DNA of 43,955 nucleotides from a virus: UHGV virus genome UHGV-0152227; one strand, 5' to 3'. Shown piece by piece: positions 1 to 8,475 of this stretch (position 1 is its first letter; each line of letters starts with the position of its first letter). The notes under the pieces were generated by a model. It saw only the letters and a program-made list of their open reading frames with translations, ran no database searches and was not told where the DNA came from. The position numbers and the translations under genes were made by a program.

Positions 1-724
1 ATATATCAAACAAAATAACCCTGATTAATGAATTATTACGTTTATCATGTTAATTCATCATTATTACATCATCATTGTAAATAATTAAATTAACTTCCAT
101 AACATTAAAATATGTATCCACTGACGCTTTTTTACATAACGAAGAATTGACCATTTTGTCCTGTTGTGCCTTAATGTAAGTACCGTCCACAGCGTGGGAC
201 ATACTTCAAGGAACCTTTTGTGAGTCAGGCAACCAGTATGCGAAAACGACACCGATTTAACAGTCGCATGACCCGTATCGTACTGCTCATCAGCTTTATC
301 TTCTTCTTTGGCCGTTTTATCTACTCGTCCGTCGGTGCCTGGCAGCACCATCAGAGCAAAAAAGAAGCTCAGCAATCCACACTCTCCGTCGAATCACCGG
401 TACAACGTTAGCGGTTACCTTCTCCACTTTCACAGAACATAACGGCACTTCGCTGTCGGATGCTTTTGCTGTTTGGGATTATCAAAGCGGCAGATATTCT
501 TTCATCTTAAATTTTACGTCTTTATCCTGACTGATGTTTATCCTGTTTGGCTGCGAAATAAATATAAAATTAATATATATGTTGTAATGATATATTTTTA
601 TAAATTATTCCCTGCGTGAATTTTAATAAATTTAATCTATCCCTTTATACGCAATACATTTACTTTCCTCTTTTGATGATCTTAAATGTCTTATTTTTCG
701 TAATGTGTATAACAAGGAATAGTG

Positions 725-1228
725 ATGAAATTTAAAAAATGTCTTCTGCCTGTGGCAATGTTAGCGTCATTCACTCTGGCAGGATGCCAGTCAAATGCTG
801 ACGATGTTTATCAAACCGATCAACTGAATACCAAACAAGAAACTAAAACCGTTAATATTATTTCCATTCTTCCCGCAAAAGTTGCCGTAGACAACTCCCA
901 AAATAAACGGAACGCACAAGCCTTCGGCGCGCTTATTGGCGCAGTCGCTGGCGGTGTTATCGGCCACAACGTCGGGTCTGGCAGCAATTCCGGAACGACG
1001 GCAGGTGCAGTTGGCGGCGGAGCTGTAGGCGCGGCAGCGGGTTCTATGGTGAATGATAAAACCTTAGTGGAAGGTGTTTCTTTAACCTATAAGGAAGGCA
1101 CCAAAGTGTATACCTCTACCCAGGTGGGTAAAGAGTGCCAGTTTACGACAGGTTTAGCCGTTGTTATTACCACGACGTATAACGAAACGCGTATTCAGCC
1201 AAATACCAAATGTCCTGAAAAGAGCTAA
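725..1228 (+). CDS. Glycine-zipper (YcfJ/Pcp-like) outer-membrane lipoprotein, host-like
   Basis: ATG at 725 preceded by AAGGAA; signal peptide with lipobox LAGC; Gly-rich GxxxG zipper segment (GALIGAVAGGVIGHNVG...); GTG at 722 is an alternative start. Confidence 0.7.
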   Translation: MKFKKCLLPVAMLASFTLAGCQSNADDVYQTDQLNTKQETKTVNIISILPAKVAVDNSQNKRNAQAFGALIGAVAGGVIGHNVGSGSNSGTTAGAVGGGAVGAAAGSMVNDKTLVEGVSLTYKEGTKVYTSTQVGKECQFTTGLAVVITTTYNETRIQPNTKCPEKS

Positions 1229-1243
1229 TAATCAGGAGGAGTC

Positions 1244-1783
1244 ATGAAGAAAGTTTTTCTTTGCGCCATCTTAGCCTCCTTAAGCTATCCGGCTATCGCC
1301 TCATCATTGCAGGATCAACTCTCTGCTGTCGCAGAAGCGGAACAGCAAGGTAAAAATGAAGAGCAAAGGCAGCATGACGAATGGGTCGCGGAGCGCAACA
1401 GGGAAATCCAGCAAGAGAAGCAACGTCGCGCAAATGCCCAGGCCGCCGCTAACAAAAGAGCGGCAACGGCAGCGGCAAATAAGAAAGCTCGTCAGGATAA
1501 ACTGGACGCCGAAGCCTCTGCGGACAAAAAACGCGATCAAAGTTATGAAGATGAGCTACGCAGCTTAGAGATTCAGAAACAAAAACTGGCGCTGGCGAAA
1601 GAAGAAGCCCGCGTTAAGCGAGAAAACGAATTTATCGATCAGGAACTGAAGCACAAAGCTGCGCAAACCGATGTGGTGCAATCTGAAGCTGACGCCAACA
1701 GAAATATGACTGAAGGCGGTCGCGATCTGATGAAAAGCGTGGGCAAAGCAGAAGAGAACAAATCGGACAGCTGGTTTAATTAA
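1244..1783 (+). CDS. Secreted Lys/Glu/Ala-rich coiled-coil protein, host-like
   Basis: AGGAGG RBS 7 nt upstream; N-terminal signal peptide; low-complexity charged helical body. Confidence 0.6.
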   Translation: MKKVFLCAILASLSYPAIASSLQDQLSAVAEAEQQGKNEEQRQHDEWVAERNREIQQEKQRRANAQAAANKRAATAAANKKARQDKLDAEASADKKRDQSYEDELRSLEIQKQKLALAKEEARVKRENEFIDQELKHKAAQTDVVQSEADANRNMTEGGRDLMKSVGKAEENKSDSWFN

Positions 1784-1827
1784 TCGATGTTAGTAACTTC
1801 AATCCTATAATTCTTGAAGATAAAAAA

Positions 1828-1854
1828 CCCTCTGTAGTAACAGAGGGTTTTGTT
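1828..1854. terminator. Rho-independent terminator, bidirectional, at host/prophage junction
   Basis: Hairpin CCCTCTG-tagtaa-CAGAGGG followed by TTTTGTT and preceded by AAAAAA. Confidence 0.7.
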
Positions 1855-2000
1855 CATTCATAGTGCAGGGTCAAATCATTCCCACTCAATTATTTACGAT
1901 AACCATAACCAATTGAGTGATAACATTTTTCCAAATCTCAATTTTTCCCGTACCGTTTTATATACCGTCACCGGAAATCAGTACCGTGAAAAATGCCATG

Positions 2001-2483
2001 CTATCTGGTCAGGGTGTCGTACTGTTTTTCGCAGACTCTTCCGGCTTCGGATGCCCGGTCAGCATACTCTGCCAGTTGTCTATTTCTCTCGAGAGATTTG
2101 CTGAACACGTCGGCAAGCAAAACTCCGGTGTCTGCGGCTGACGACCCAGCGCCGACAATGGCGTTATAGTGCCTGAGCTGCTCACGGATGGCAACGAGCT
2201 GTTGCTGCAACCGGCCAGCGCGAGCGGCAGCATCAAGAGCATCATTGCGCGCCTGGTCGATCCTCTGCTGCGCTTCACGTTCATTGATCGATTTCTCCTG
2301 TTCGTAGTGCTGACGAACTATCTCATCTTCAGCTTTGCGGTCTTCCTTCGCCTGCGCATACCCGGCATCGTACTGACGACTGCCGTGTGCATTCCAGGCT
2401 ACAACTCCTGATATGACCAGAACAGCAAGCATCGCCATGATAACCAACTGTTTCCAATATGCTTTTGCGAATGACCAGATCAT
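2001..2483 (-). CDS. i-spanin (Rz-like)
   Basis: N-terminal TMD then charged coiled-coil periplasmic domain; ATGA overlap with endolysin stop; last gene of lysis cassette. Confidence 0.75.
   Translation of the reverse strand: MIWSFAKAYWKQLVIMAMLAVLVISGVVAWNAHGSRQYDAGYAQAKEDRKAEDEIVRQHYEQEKSINEREAQQRIDQARNDALDAAARAGRLQQQLVAIREQLRHYNAIVGAGSSAADTGVLLADVFSKSLERNRQLAEYADRASEAGRVCEKQYDTLTR
2009..2284 (-). CDS. o-spanin (Rz1-like) lipoprotein embedded in the Rz gene in another frame
   Basis: ATG at 2284; basic n-region, hydrophobic core, lipobox LALAGC; Pro/Ser-rich mature part; entirely within the Rz ORF. Confidence 0.65.
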   Translation of the reverse strand: MNVKRSRGSTRRAMMLLMLPLALAGCSNSSLPSVSSSGTITPLSALGRQPQTPEFCLPTCSANLSREIDNWQSMLTGHPKPEESAKNSTTP

Positions 2484-3109
2484 ACAGCCAGCACCTTACT
2501 GGCAGTGACGTACCGCGCGCGCCGGTCGTCGATGCCGTTCCGGCCACCATTGATAATCAGAGTTACACGTGCAATATCGCCGGTATACTTCATGCATCCT
2601 TTGCTGGCGAAGAACCACGCCGCGCTACGAGCCGCATATTCGTCCTGCGCCAGCAGTTCAGGGCTCTCCAGCAGGTCAACCTTCAGACCGTTTCCGCAAT
2701 CACGATAGTTATTCAAACCGGTAATCTGGATAAGTCCGCGCCCTCGGTAATTCCAGCCATCACCAGGGGCATTGTTCCCCATGCGTTTGCTGTATACCAG
2801 ATTTGCGATCGCGCGCTGGCGCTCAAGTGGCAATGGTGGTTCACCAGCACGGCGCCCCAGTGCATTAGCCTGTCCCTGGGTGAGGCGTCCAGTCCTGACA
2901 AAGCTCGCCAGTCCGGTAACGCTGTAGTTGAAATTCTCCTGCAACCTGGTGAAGCCACCAGACTCATGCCCGACTTGAGCAATAAACATTGCCTGATCTT
3001 CGGGCTTGCTGATACCAAACTCTTTCATCGCAGAAGTGATATGCGAGAACCAGCGTGCGGCCAGCGCCTCGCTGATACTAGCAGCTCGCTGGAATTGTTT
3101 AATCTCCAT
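2480..3109 (-). CDS. Endolysin, glycoside hydrolase family 19 (chitinase-like lysozyme)
   Basis: ATG at 3109 with GAGGT RBS; GH19-type motifs ([28 protein letters not shown]); overlaps holin stop. Confidence 0.8.
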   Translation of the reverse strand: MEIKQFQRAASISEALAARWFSHITSAMKEFGISKPEDQAMFIAQVGHESGGFTRLQENFNYSVTGLASFVRTGRLTQGQANALGRRAGEPPLPLERQRAIANLVYSKRMGNNAPGDGWNYRGRGLIQITGLNNYRDCGNGLKVDLLESPELLAQDEYAARSAAWFFASKGCMKYTGDIARVTLIINGGRNGIDDRRARYVTASKVLAV

Positions 3110-3407
3110 GTTTAGACCTCGATACTTTGAAAATTTGAACGACGTTACCGCGCGTTTTAATAACCGCAGCAAGCATGACAGCGTTGATAATGACCTCAGA
3201 TAAATCAGCTACCATTGGCGTACGAAACCAGATTGCATAGGCGACGCGAACAGGAATACTTGCCGCAGCAACAATCAGGAAATAAGCAAGCCACCCACCC
3301 CATCTTCGGTGTTGGGAGCCGTTACGCCGGAATGTAACAACGCGAACTGCAATGCCAGTACAAATAACTGCATTGGTGATAAGCAAAAAAAGCTCATGAG
3401 TTACCAT
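3099..3407 (-). CDS. Holin (three predicted TMDs, charged C-terminus)
   Basis: ATG at 3407 with GGGGAG RBS; three hydrophobic segments; basic C-terminal tail; immediately upstream of endolysin with overlap. Confidence 0.65.
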   Translation of the reverse strand: MVTHELFLLITNAVICTGIAVRVVTFRRNGSQHRRWGGWLAYFLIVAAASIPVRVAYAIWFRTPMVADLSEVIINAVMLAAVIKTRGNVVQIFKVSRSKHGD

Positions 3408-3810
3408 CGTCTTTTCTCCCCGGAATTAAGTCGCGTGGATTATCGGAGCGGTGATAGAGCCATATTCCAATACGCACTGCTACAATCGCTGACACGAATG
3501 CGCCAGCAGAGAAGACAACCCCTTTCTCGAAAGAATCCTGCGTAATGGTGGGGATTAGACTGGCTATGCCTATAAGAATTGATGCTGTTGGTTTGTAAAA
3601 GAGAAGACCACAAAGAAAGCTGAGTATCGACAAGAGTACACGACGACGAACAGGATACTCTACAGCAGAGGTAACAAAAATTACCGAACCAGAGAGTGAA
3701 CCCAATGCAACTTCAGGTGGAACACCAGCAAGTACCGATACAAGCGAACACGCACTAAGATATTGATTTAAAGAAAAACTTGTAAATTGCAATGACATAA
3801 AAGTCACCAT
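3394..3810 (-). CDS. Polytopic membrane protein, first gene of lysis cassette (second holin/antiholin or unknown)
   Basis: 4-5 hydrophobic segments; first ATG at 3810 (alternative 3798); weak RBS; overlaps holin start. Confidence 0.5.
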   Translation of the reverse strand: MVTFMSLQFTSFSLNQYLSACSLVSVLAGVPPEVALGSLSGSVIFVTSAVEYPVRRRVLLSILSFLCGLLFYKPTASILIGIASLIPTITQDSFEKGVVFSAGAFVSAIVAVRIGIWLYHRSDNPRDLIPGRKDDGNS

Positions 3811-3978
3811 TTCTATCAATCAAACACAAATTCAATTCATGAATTCACCGCCTCAATTAAACCATATTTGGTTTGCCCTTGCCTAGTGTCATTATTATTT
3901 ATATAGTGACATACCAACTTTCAAATTATAATTTATATATTTTAGGACCAAACCCAATACATTTTAAAAGGTGTAACA

Positions 3979-4830
3979 ATGGAATCTAATGCACTAAAAA
4001 AAGCACGACTATTTATAAATGACATAAAATATTGTGTTGAAAACTTTAATATCGATTCAACTTTATATACCGCTTTCAAGCCAAGTGATATTGGTGTTAA
4101 AGGAGATGAAAGCAATACAATATATGTTGCTGACGGTAAGCTTCCGGAAAAACTGATAATTGCTTTTGGAGAAAAGGCAAAAGACAGTAAAATATTTATT
4201 GGAAAAAATGTAAAATGCAGGGGATCGAGAATTGTAATAACTCACGGTGAAAGCCTTTGTTACATCGGAAATAACTCACAACTAAATAATGTAACTATGC
4301 ATATATGGTGCAAATGGGATTTTGTAGTGGTTGGAGAAGGTGTATCAGTTACCTCAACAAGTAATTGGACTACTGGAATAAACCCTGGCAATCCTTGTAA
4401 CGGCATTATTATTGGTGATCACTGCCTTATGAGCCAAGAAATATCTATTAGACCTGCAGATGGACACCAAATTATCGAACTCACCACGCGAAAAGTAGTC
4501 AACGCTGCAACATCACCTATTATAATCGAACCATATTGCTGGATCGGACAGCGCACAGCAATACTAAAAAATGTAAGAATTGGTGCATGCTCCATCGTTT
4601 CACTTGGTGCTGTAGTTACAAAATCATGTAAAAAATTCAGTGCGCTAAGTGGCGTACCAGCCAAAGCAAGATGCATTGAAGGAAAAATGTGGCTAAGAAA
4701 CAATGGGGAAGAAGCCAAGAGAATAATGCTTATGTATGAAAAAAGATTTGCAGGCACAGCAGACAGCAGCACAGCAGCACAGCAGCACAGCAGCACAGCA
4801 GCACAGCAGCACAGCAGCACAGCGAAATAA
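3979..4830 (+). CDS. Hexapeptide-repeat (left-handed beta-helix) acetyltransferase, candidate polysaccharide O-acetyltransferase moron
   Basis: AAGG RBS; LbH motifs (IIIGDHCLMSQEISI, IIIEPYCWIGQRTAILKNVRIGACSIVSLGAVV); AT-rich island; C-terminus encoded by an 8-nt tandem repeat. Confidence 0.75.
   Translation: MESNALKKARLFINDIKYCVENFNIDSTLYTAFKPSDIGVKGDESNTIYVADGKLPEKLIIAFGEKAKDSKIFIGKNVKCRGSRIVITHGESLCYIGNNSQLNNVTMHIWCKWDFVVVGEGVSVTSTSNWTTGINPGNPCNGIIIGDHCLMSQEISIRPADGHQIIELTTRKVVNAATSPIIIEPYCWIGQRTAILKNVRIGACSIVSLGAVVTKSCKKFSALSGVPAKARCIEGKMWLRNNGEEAKRIMLMYEKRFAGTADSSTAAQQHSSTAAQQHSSTAK
4764..4823 (+). repeat. Octanucleotide tandem repeat (CAGCAGCA) x7 plus a partial copy, inside the 3' end of the acetyltransferase CDS
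   Basis: Counted directly: seven perfect 8-nt units 4764-4819 then CAGC; unit length is not a multiple of 3. Confidence 0.95.
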
Positions 4831-4935
4831 TTATAATAATGGCCGTAATGAGCGGCCATTACATATTATTTATTATAGCATTAACTTATTAGATCCGCTA
4901 TTTTCTTTTCTTGTATCACCATATATAAATATTTA

Positions 4936-7707
4936 TTACTCTTTGCTTAACATCTTCTCCCCCTCAAGATATTTGAGACGTTCTTCAATCCTGTCACAAC
5001 GCCTGCGCTGATAAGCAGCTTCCAGCCACAAGCATTCATCAACACGTATACCCCAACGGTTTCCGGCCGGAGTAACCAAGGTTTTCTCGCCAGTATCATA
5101 TTCTTCTTTCTTGATGTAGCTATTCTCGACACCGTCCGCATCCGTATAAGTAATGGTAACATCACGCCAAGCCATTACAGGCTCATACTGGTCTTCCCAT
5201 TCGTCGTAGCACAAAAGCCCGAAGCGAGTACCATCAATCCCGGCGGCAATAAATGCATCCCGCACCTGCTGCGCAATAATGCCATAATGCCAACGTGCTC
5301 TATCAGCGCCCTTAGCATCTACAGCTGATAGCCACTGGTAAACGATCAGGTTCACTTTCCCCCATGCGTCAAGTATCGCATCTGGTTCGAAACCCATCGA
5401 TTCGCTAAGTTGAGATATACTTAACGGGTCGCTCTTGAAACGCGCGTCTGATGTGTTGATGCTGCCTGTCGTTGCATATACAGTTGTCCACAAGCGTGTG
5501 CTGGTTCCACATGAGTATGTGTTCGTCTTGAACGGGCGCACAGCGCCGAGCACTTCAAGCGGCTGACCAATATAAGCAAGGTCTGTAGACAAAACAGGGG
5601 ATTTGAATAGCCAGCGTGAGTTAGTGTAGTCGTAAATGCCCGCATCTCCGGCAGCAGATACATGATACGTAACATCTCGCAGTGGGTTAGCAGTTTCAAA
5701 CTGAGACGCTGTAGCAGTGGCATTAGATAACTTAGCCAGACCACTGGACAATTCAAGGTGATTAGTAACCGAACCATCGTCGTTTATTTTACCGATAGTC
5801 AATAAGCCGCTATTAGTTACGATATCGTAAGTTGAATCCAGAATAATGCCGGGCTGAGAACTTGACGTAGTCTTAATATGCATGCTCTGTTGCGGCATCA
5901 GGGTATAGAATGACGTTTCACGACCAGTGTCACCGTCCGGGATACCGTTGGTATTTCCCATTACAAGATCATACCCACCGACAATCATGCGGAAAAACAT
6001 CGCTTCCGGCTCATATGTCAGCTTTGTCGGATCTGGAGTTCCGGTATTTTCTGGATCGGCAATATCATACGCACGTCCAGCGCCAGCTTGAATTTGTTGC
6101 ACACCAAGATAAACTCCGTCCAGCGTGTACATATGCAAATATTTGCGAGTAGAGGAATACGCAGAGCCAGCCTGACAGAAATAGATTGTTGTTCCGTCAC
6201 ATGCAACAGCCTGCATATCACGGATAAAATCAGCTATCTCAAACTCAAAAGTTGCCGCATTACGATAGTCATAGCCGTATTCATCTGGGTTAACGAACAC
6301 ACTGGTATGAAAGACCTTCACGTAATAACGCAACTGATCTGGTGTACCAGATTCCTCACCAGGGCCGACATATCGTTTTGCTGTGGTTATTAACCATGTA
6401 CTGGTCGGGTCAGTGCAAAGTACATTGACATGGTTTAAATATGTGTCATCCCAGATTCGGAAAAACTCTGGAGTAATTGCCGCACCGGATACTGGTGTGA
6501 ATCGGGCAAGGTACTGCGCACGTTGATCGCCTTTCGATACTCCTGCCAATCCCCATATCTGCAATCGCCCCCGCGTATTACGGAAACCGATACGACCAAT
6601 GGTCAATCCCAGTGATTGGTGCCCTATATCAAAACTACCCTGTGTCTCCCATAGCGGCATCAGCGTATCCTGACCAAACCAGTTATAGGCAACAATTTTA
6701 TTAATTTCGTCGTTACTAGCTGCAGAACCGCTGACATTTTGCAGCGTATAAAGAATATTGTCGTAATAATCAAGGACGGCTCCCTGAATTGTCGTGTTTT
6801 TAATAGTTGCAAGCCTCAAACCAGATTTAACATGATTTGGCGTTGATGGTCTGAAACCGCTAATAACACCTTTTTTTCTTGTCTGCATCCTTGATTCTGG
6901 GAATTCATCATCAGGCAACAGCTTCACTGGATAACGGAAGTAACCATTAAAATATTTATTTTTAGTGAAATCCTTCGTTGTTTGAAAAGTTCTACCCTGC
7001 AGATCAATTACTTTCCCTGTATGAGATTCTTCAAGGCTCTCAAAAGCAGCATCGTCATTCGTCGCTCTCCCTCCATACTGACCATCACCTACAGCACCAA
7101 AATCTTTAGGGCTAACTGTGTCACGCATCTTATCCTGGAACGTTCTATATACCGCGCCTGAACCATACTGGATAAACCATCCGAAACCACCGACAACACC
7201 AGCAATTGCAGCATCCACATACTTACGCATTGAGCGATTATTTACAGCATCCTGCTCAAGTGATGGATCTGCAAGGTTAGAAATTCTGTTTTGCTTTGCA
7301 TCGTAATATTTTGCAAGCAAAGATGGTTTCATCAATGCACGTCTGAACCACCCAAAACATTGCTGGATCAGCATCGTCAGGTAGTCAAAGGCATCTTCAT
7401 GCACTTCGGGGAAAAATTTTCCCTGATTGCGAAGGTCTGTCTCCTGCACTACATCAAGCACACGATCTATCGTAATTCGCCATCCAGCAGCAAGCGGCGA
7501 CGGAAGAACAACAGAACCGCCACTATAAGTGCCCGCCCCAGTTACCGTATAACCGGTATCCAGAACCAATTCTGTTACGTTCCCGTTCAGGTCAGACACC
7601 TGAACAACCAGGTCTGATTTTCTGAAAATTCGAAAAGTATACGGAAACGATGTCGTAACTCCGTTACCGGTGTATTCGTTGTGGTCAACTTCGGTTGAGA
7701 CCGTCAT
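4936..7707 (-). CDS. Tailspike: T7 gp17-like N-terminal adaptor, pectate-lyase-like depolymerase core, C-terminal S74-type intramolecular chaperone domain
   Basis: ATG 7707 with GGAG RBS; N-terminus resembles T7 tail fibre N-domain; DFGAVGDGQYGGRATNDDAAF beta-helix start; C-terminal ~170 aa with Ser/Lys dyad SDARFK. Confidence 0.75.
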   Translation of the reverse strand: MTVSTEVDHNEYTGNGVTTSFPYTFRIFRKSDLVVQVSDLNGNVTELVLDTGYTVTGAGTYSGGSVVLPSPLAAGWRITIDRVLDVVQETDLRNQGKFFPEVHEDAFDYLTMLIQQCFGWFRRALMKPSLLAKYYDAKQNRISNLADPSLEQDAVNNRSMRKYVDAAIAGVVGGFGWFIQYGSGAVYRTFQDKMRDTVSPKDFGAVGDGQYGGRATNDDAAFESLEESHTGKVIDLQGRTFQTTKDFTKNKYFNGYFRYPVKLLPDDEFPESRMQTRKKGVISGFRPSTPNHVKSGLRLATIKNTTIQGAVLDYYDNILYTLQNVSGSAASNDEINKIVAYNWFGQDTLMPLWETQGSFDIGHQSLGLTIGRIGFRNTRGRLQIWGLAGVSKGDQRAQYLARFTPVSGAAITPEFFRIWDDTYLNHVNVLCTDPTSTWLITTAKRYVGPGEESGTPDQLRYYVKVFHTSVFVNPDEYGYDYRNAATFEFEIADFIRDMQAVACDGTTIYFCQAGSAYSSTRKYLHMYTLDGVYLGVQQIQAGAGRAYDIADPENTGTPDPTKLTYEPEAMFFRMIVGGYDLVMGNTNGIPDGDTGRETSFYTLMPQQSMHIKTTSSSQPGIILDSTYDIVTNSGLLTIGKINDDGSVTNHLELSSGLAKLSNATATASQFETANPLRDVTYHVSAAGDAGIYDYTNSRWLFKSPVLSTDLAYIGQPLEVLGAVRPFKTNTYSCGTSTRLWTTVYATTGSINTSDARFKSDPLSISQLSESMGFEPDAILDAWGKVNLIVYQWLSAVDAKGADRARWHYGIIAQQVRDAFIAAGIDGTRFGLLCYDEWEDQYEPVMAWRDVTITYTDADGVENSYIKKEEYDTGEKTLVTPAGNRWGIRVDECLWLEAAYQRRRCDRIEERLKYLEGEKMLSKE

Positions 7708-7863
7708 GTTAAATCTCCAGATAGCCGCAGCACCCGTTGCGCCGCATATCTGGTCATTCTATTACCTAAAAAACCACATATGGATAGACAACCCATAAAT
7801 ACGAACAGATATTACCTTTCAGGTGATTTGCAAAACGTGCTGGATAGCAAACAAATTATTTGT

Positions 7864-7883
7864 TACTGTATAAATATACAGTT
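7864..7883. promoter_or_regulatory. LexA (SOS) box overlapping a -10-like TATAAAT
   Basis: TACTGTATAAATATACAGTT = CTGT-N8-ACAG, close to the LexA consensus; about 20 bp upstream of the 7903 start. Confidence 0.75.
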
Positions 7884-7902
7884 ATCGTATGGAGAAGATA
7901 AG

Positions 7903-8160
7903 ATGCAGCAGTATCACTATCCACTGGAAGACGGATTTACCGAAAGGATTCACACGCCGGGAGGCGTCAGATCACTGGTGGAGGGATCGCACTTGATGAA
8001 ATTACTCCGGGATCTCGATAAGGATGGATTTAATGTCGATGGCCCACTTGCCGAACTGACTGCACTGATTAACTACGTCACCAGCTCACAGATGTCTATG
8101 CAGGATCTGCAAACACATCTCGACTATTGTGCCGAACAATTACGAAAACAAACCAGATAA
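7903..8160 (+). CDS. Small protein homologous to the shared C-terminal module of the two antirepressors; candidate SOS-controlled antirepressor
   Basis: ATG 7903 with GGAG RBS; 85 aa; shares the Y-PL-G-IH-P-GV-L-E-S-LM-LL-L-DG-V-G-ELT-QD-QTH-Y pattern with the C-termini of the 8476 and 41902 proteins. Confidence 0.6.
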   Translation: MQQYHYPLEDGFTERIHTPGGVRSLVEGSHLMKLLRDLDKDGFNVDGPLAELTALINYVTSSQMSMQDLQTHLDYCAEQLRKQTR

Positions 8161-8163
8161 GGT

Positions 8164-8206
8164 TTGCAATTACCAAGTGGAGTGCTTATATTTACCTTTG
8201 CGGTAA
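8164..8206 (+). promoter_or_regulatory. Promoter (TTGCAA-N17-TATATT) with operator palindrome TTACCTTTGCGGTAA at its start site
   Basis: -35/-10-like hexamers; operator 8192-8206 matches the TTACC-N5-GGTAA family found at other early promoters. Confidence 0.5.
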
Positions 8207-8297
8207 ATTTACATCGCACTCCTCTTGTGCCATAGTAATCGGGTACTGGCAAAATCCAGTGCCGGGATTGGCGTCCCGAGTTACTAAGTGGCGCATA

Positions 8298-8319
8298 CCA
8301 CGCCAGACGTGGTTTTTTT
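8298..8319 (+). terminator. Rho-independent terminator in the leader upstream of the BRO-N antirepressor
   Basis: CCACG-ccaga-CGTGG followed by TTTTTTT. Confidence 0.6.
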
Positions 8320-8475
8320 ATGCGTTAAGCACAGCTATATCCGAATTATGGTGGGCTGGGCAGGGGTCCGAAAGGACGCCGGTACCACTTAGGCCGGTAC
8401 GCCAACCTTGTCCAGTTCACCACCAGTAATTGGCGTTGCGGTGGTGATTAAAATCACTAAGTGGAGATAACCACC

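Noticed and set aside
85-411. Two overlapping ORFs on opposite strands (85-375 minus, 220-411 plus) in the AT-rich left edge; the plus-strand one has a hydrophobic segment
   Set aside because: Neither has a convincing RBS and they overlap each other, so I cannot tell which, if either, is real; left unannotated
3394-3819. The 141-aa membrane protein as a GtrA-like flippase for serotype conversion
   Set aside because: No GtrB or glycosyltransferase partner nearby and no sequence resemblance I can support; position fits a lysis-cassette membrane protein better
4419-4859. 146-aa antisense ORF across the acetyltransferase 3' end and repeat
   Set aside because: Antisense shadow of a well-supported gene; its reading frame is an artefact of the low-complexity CAGCAGCA repeat
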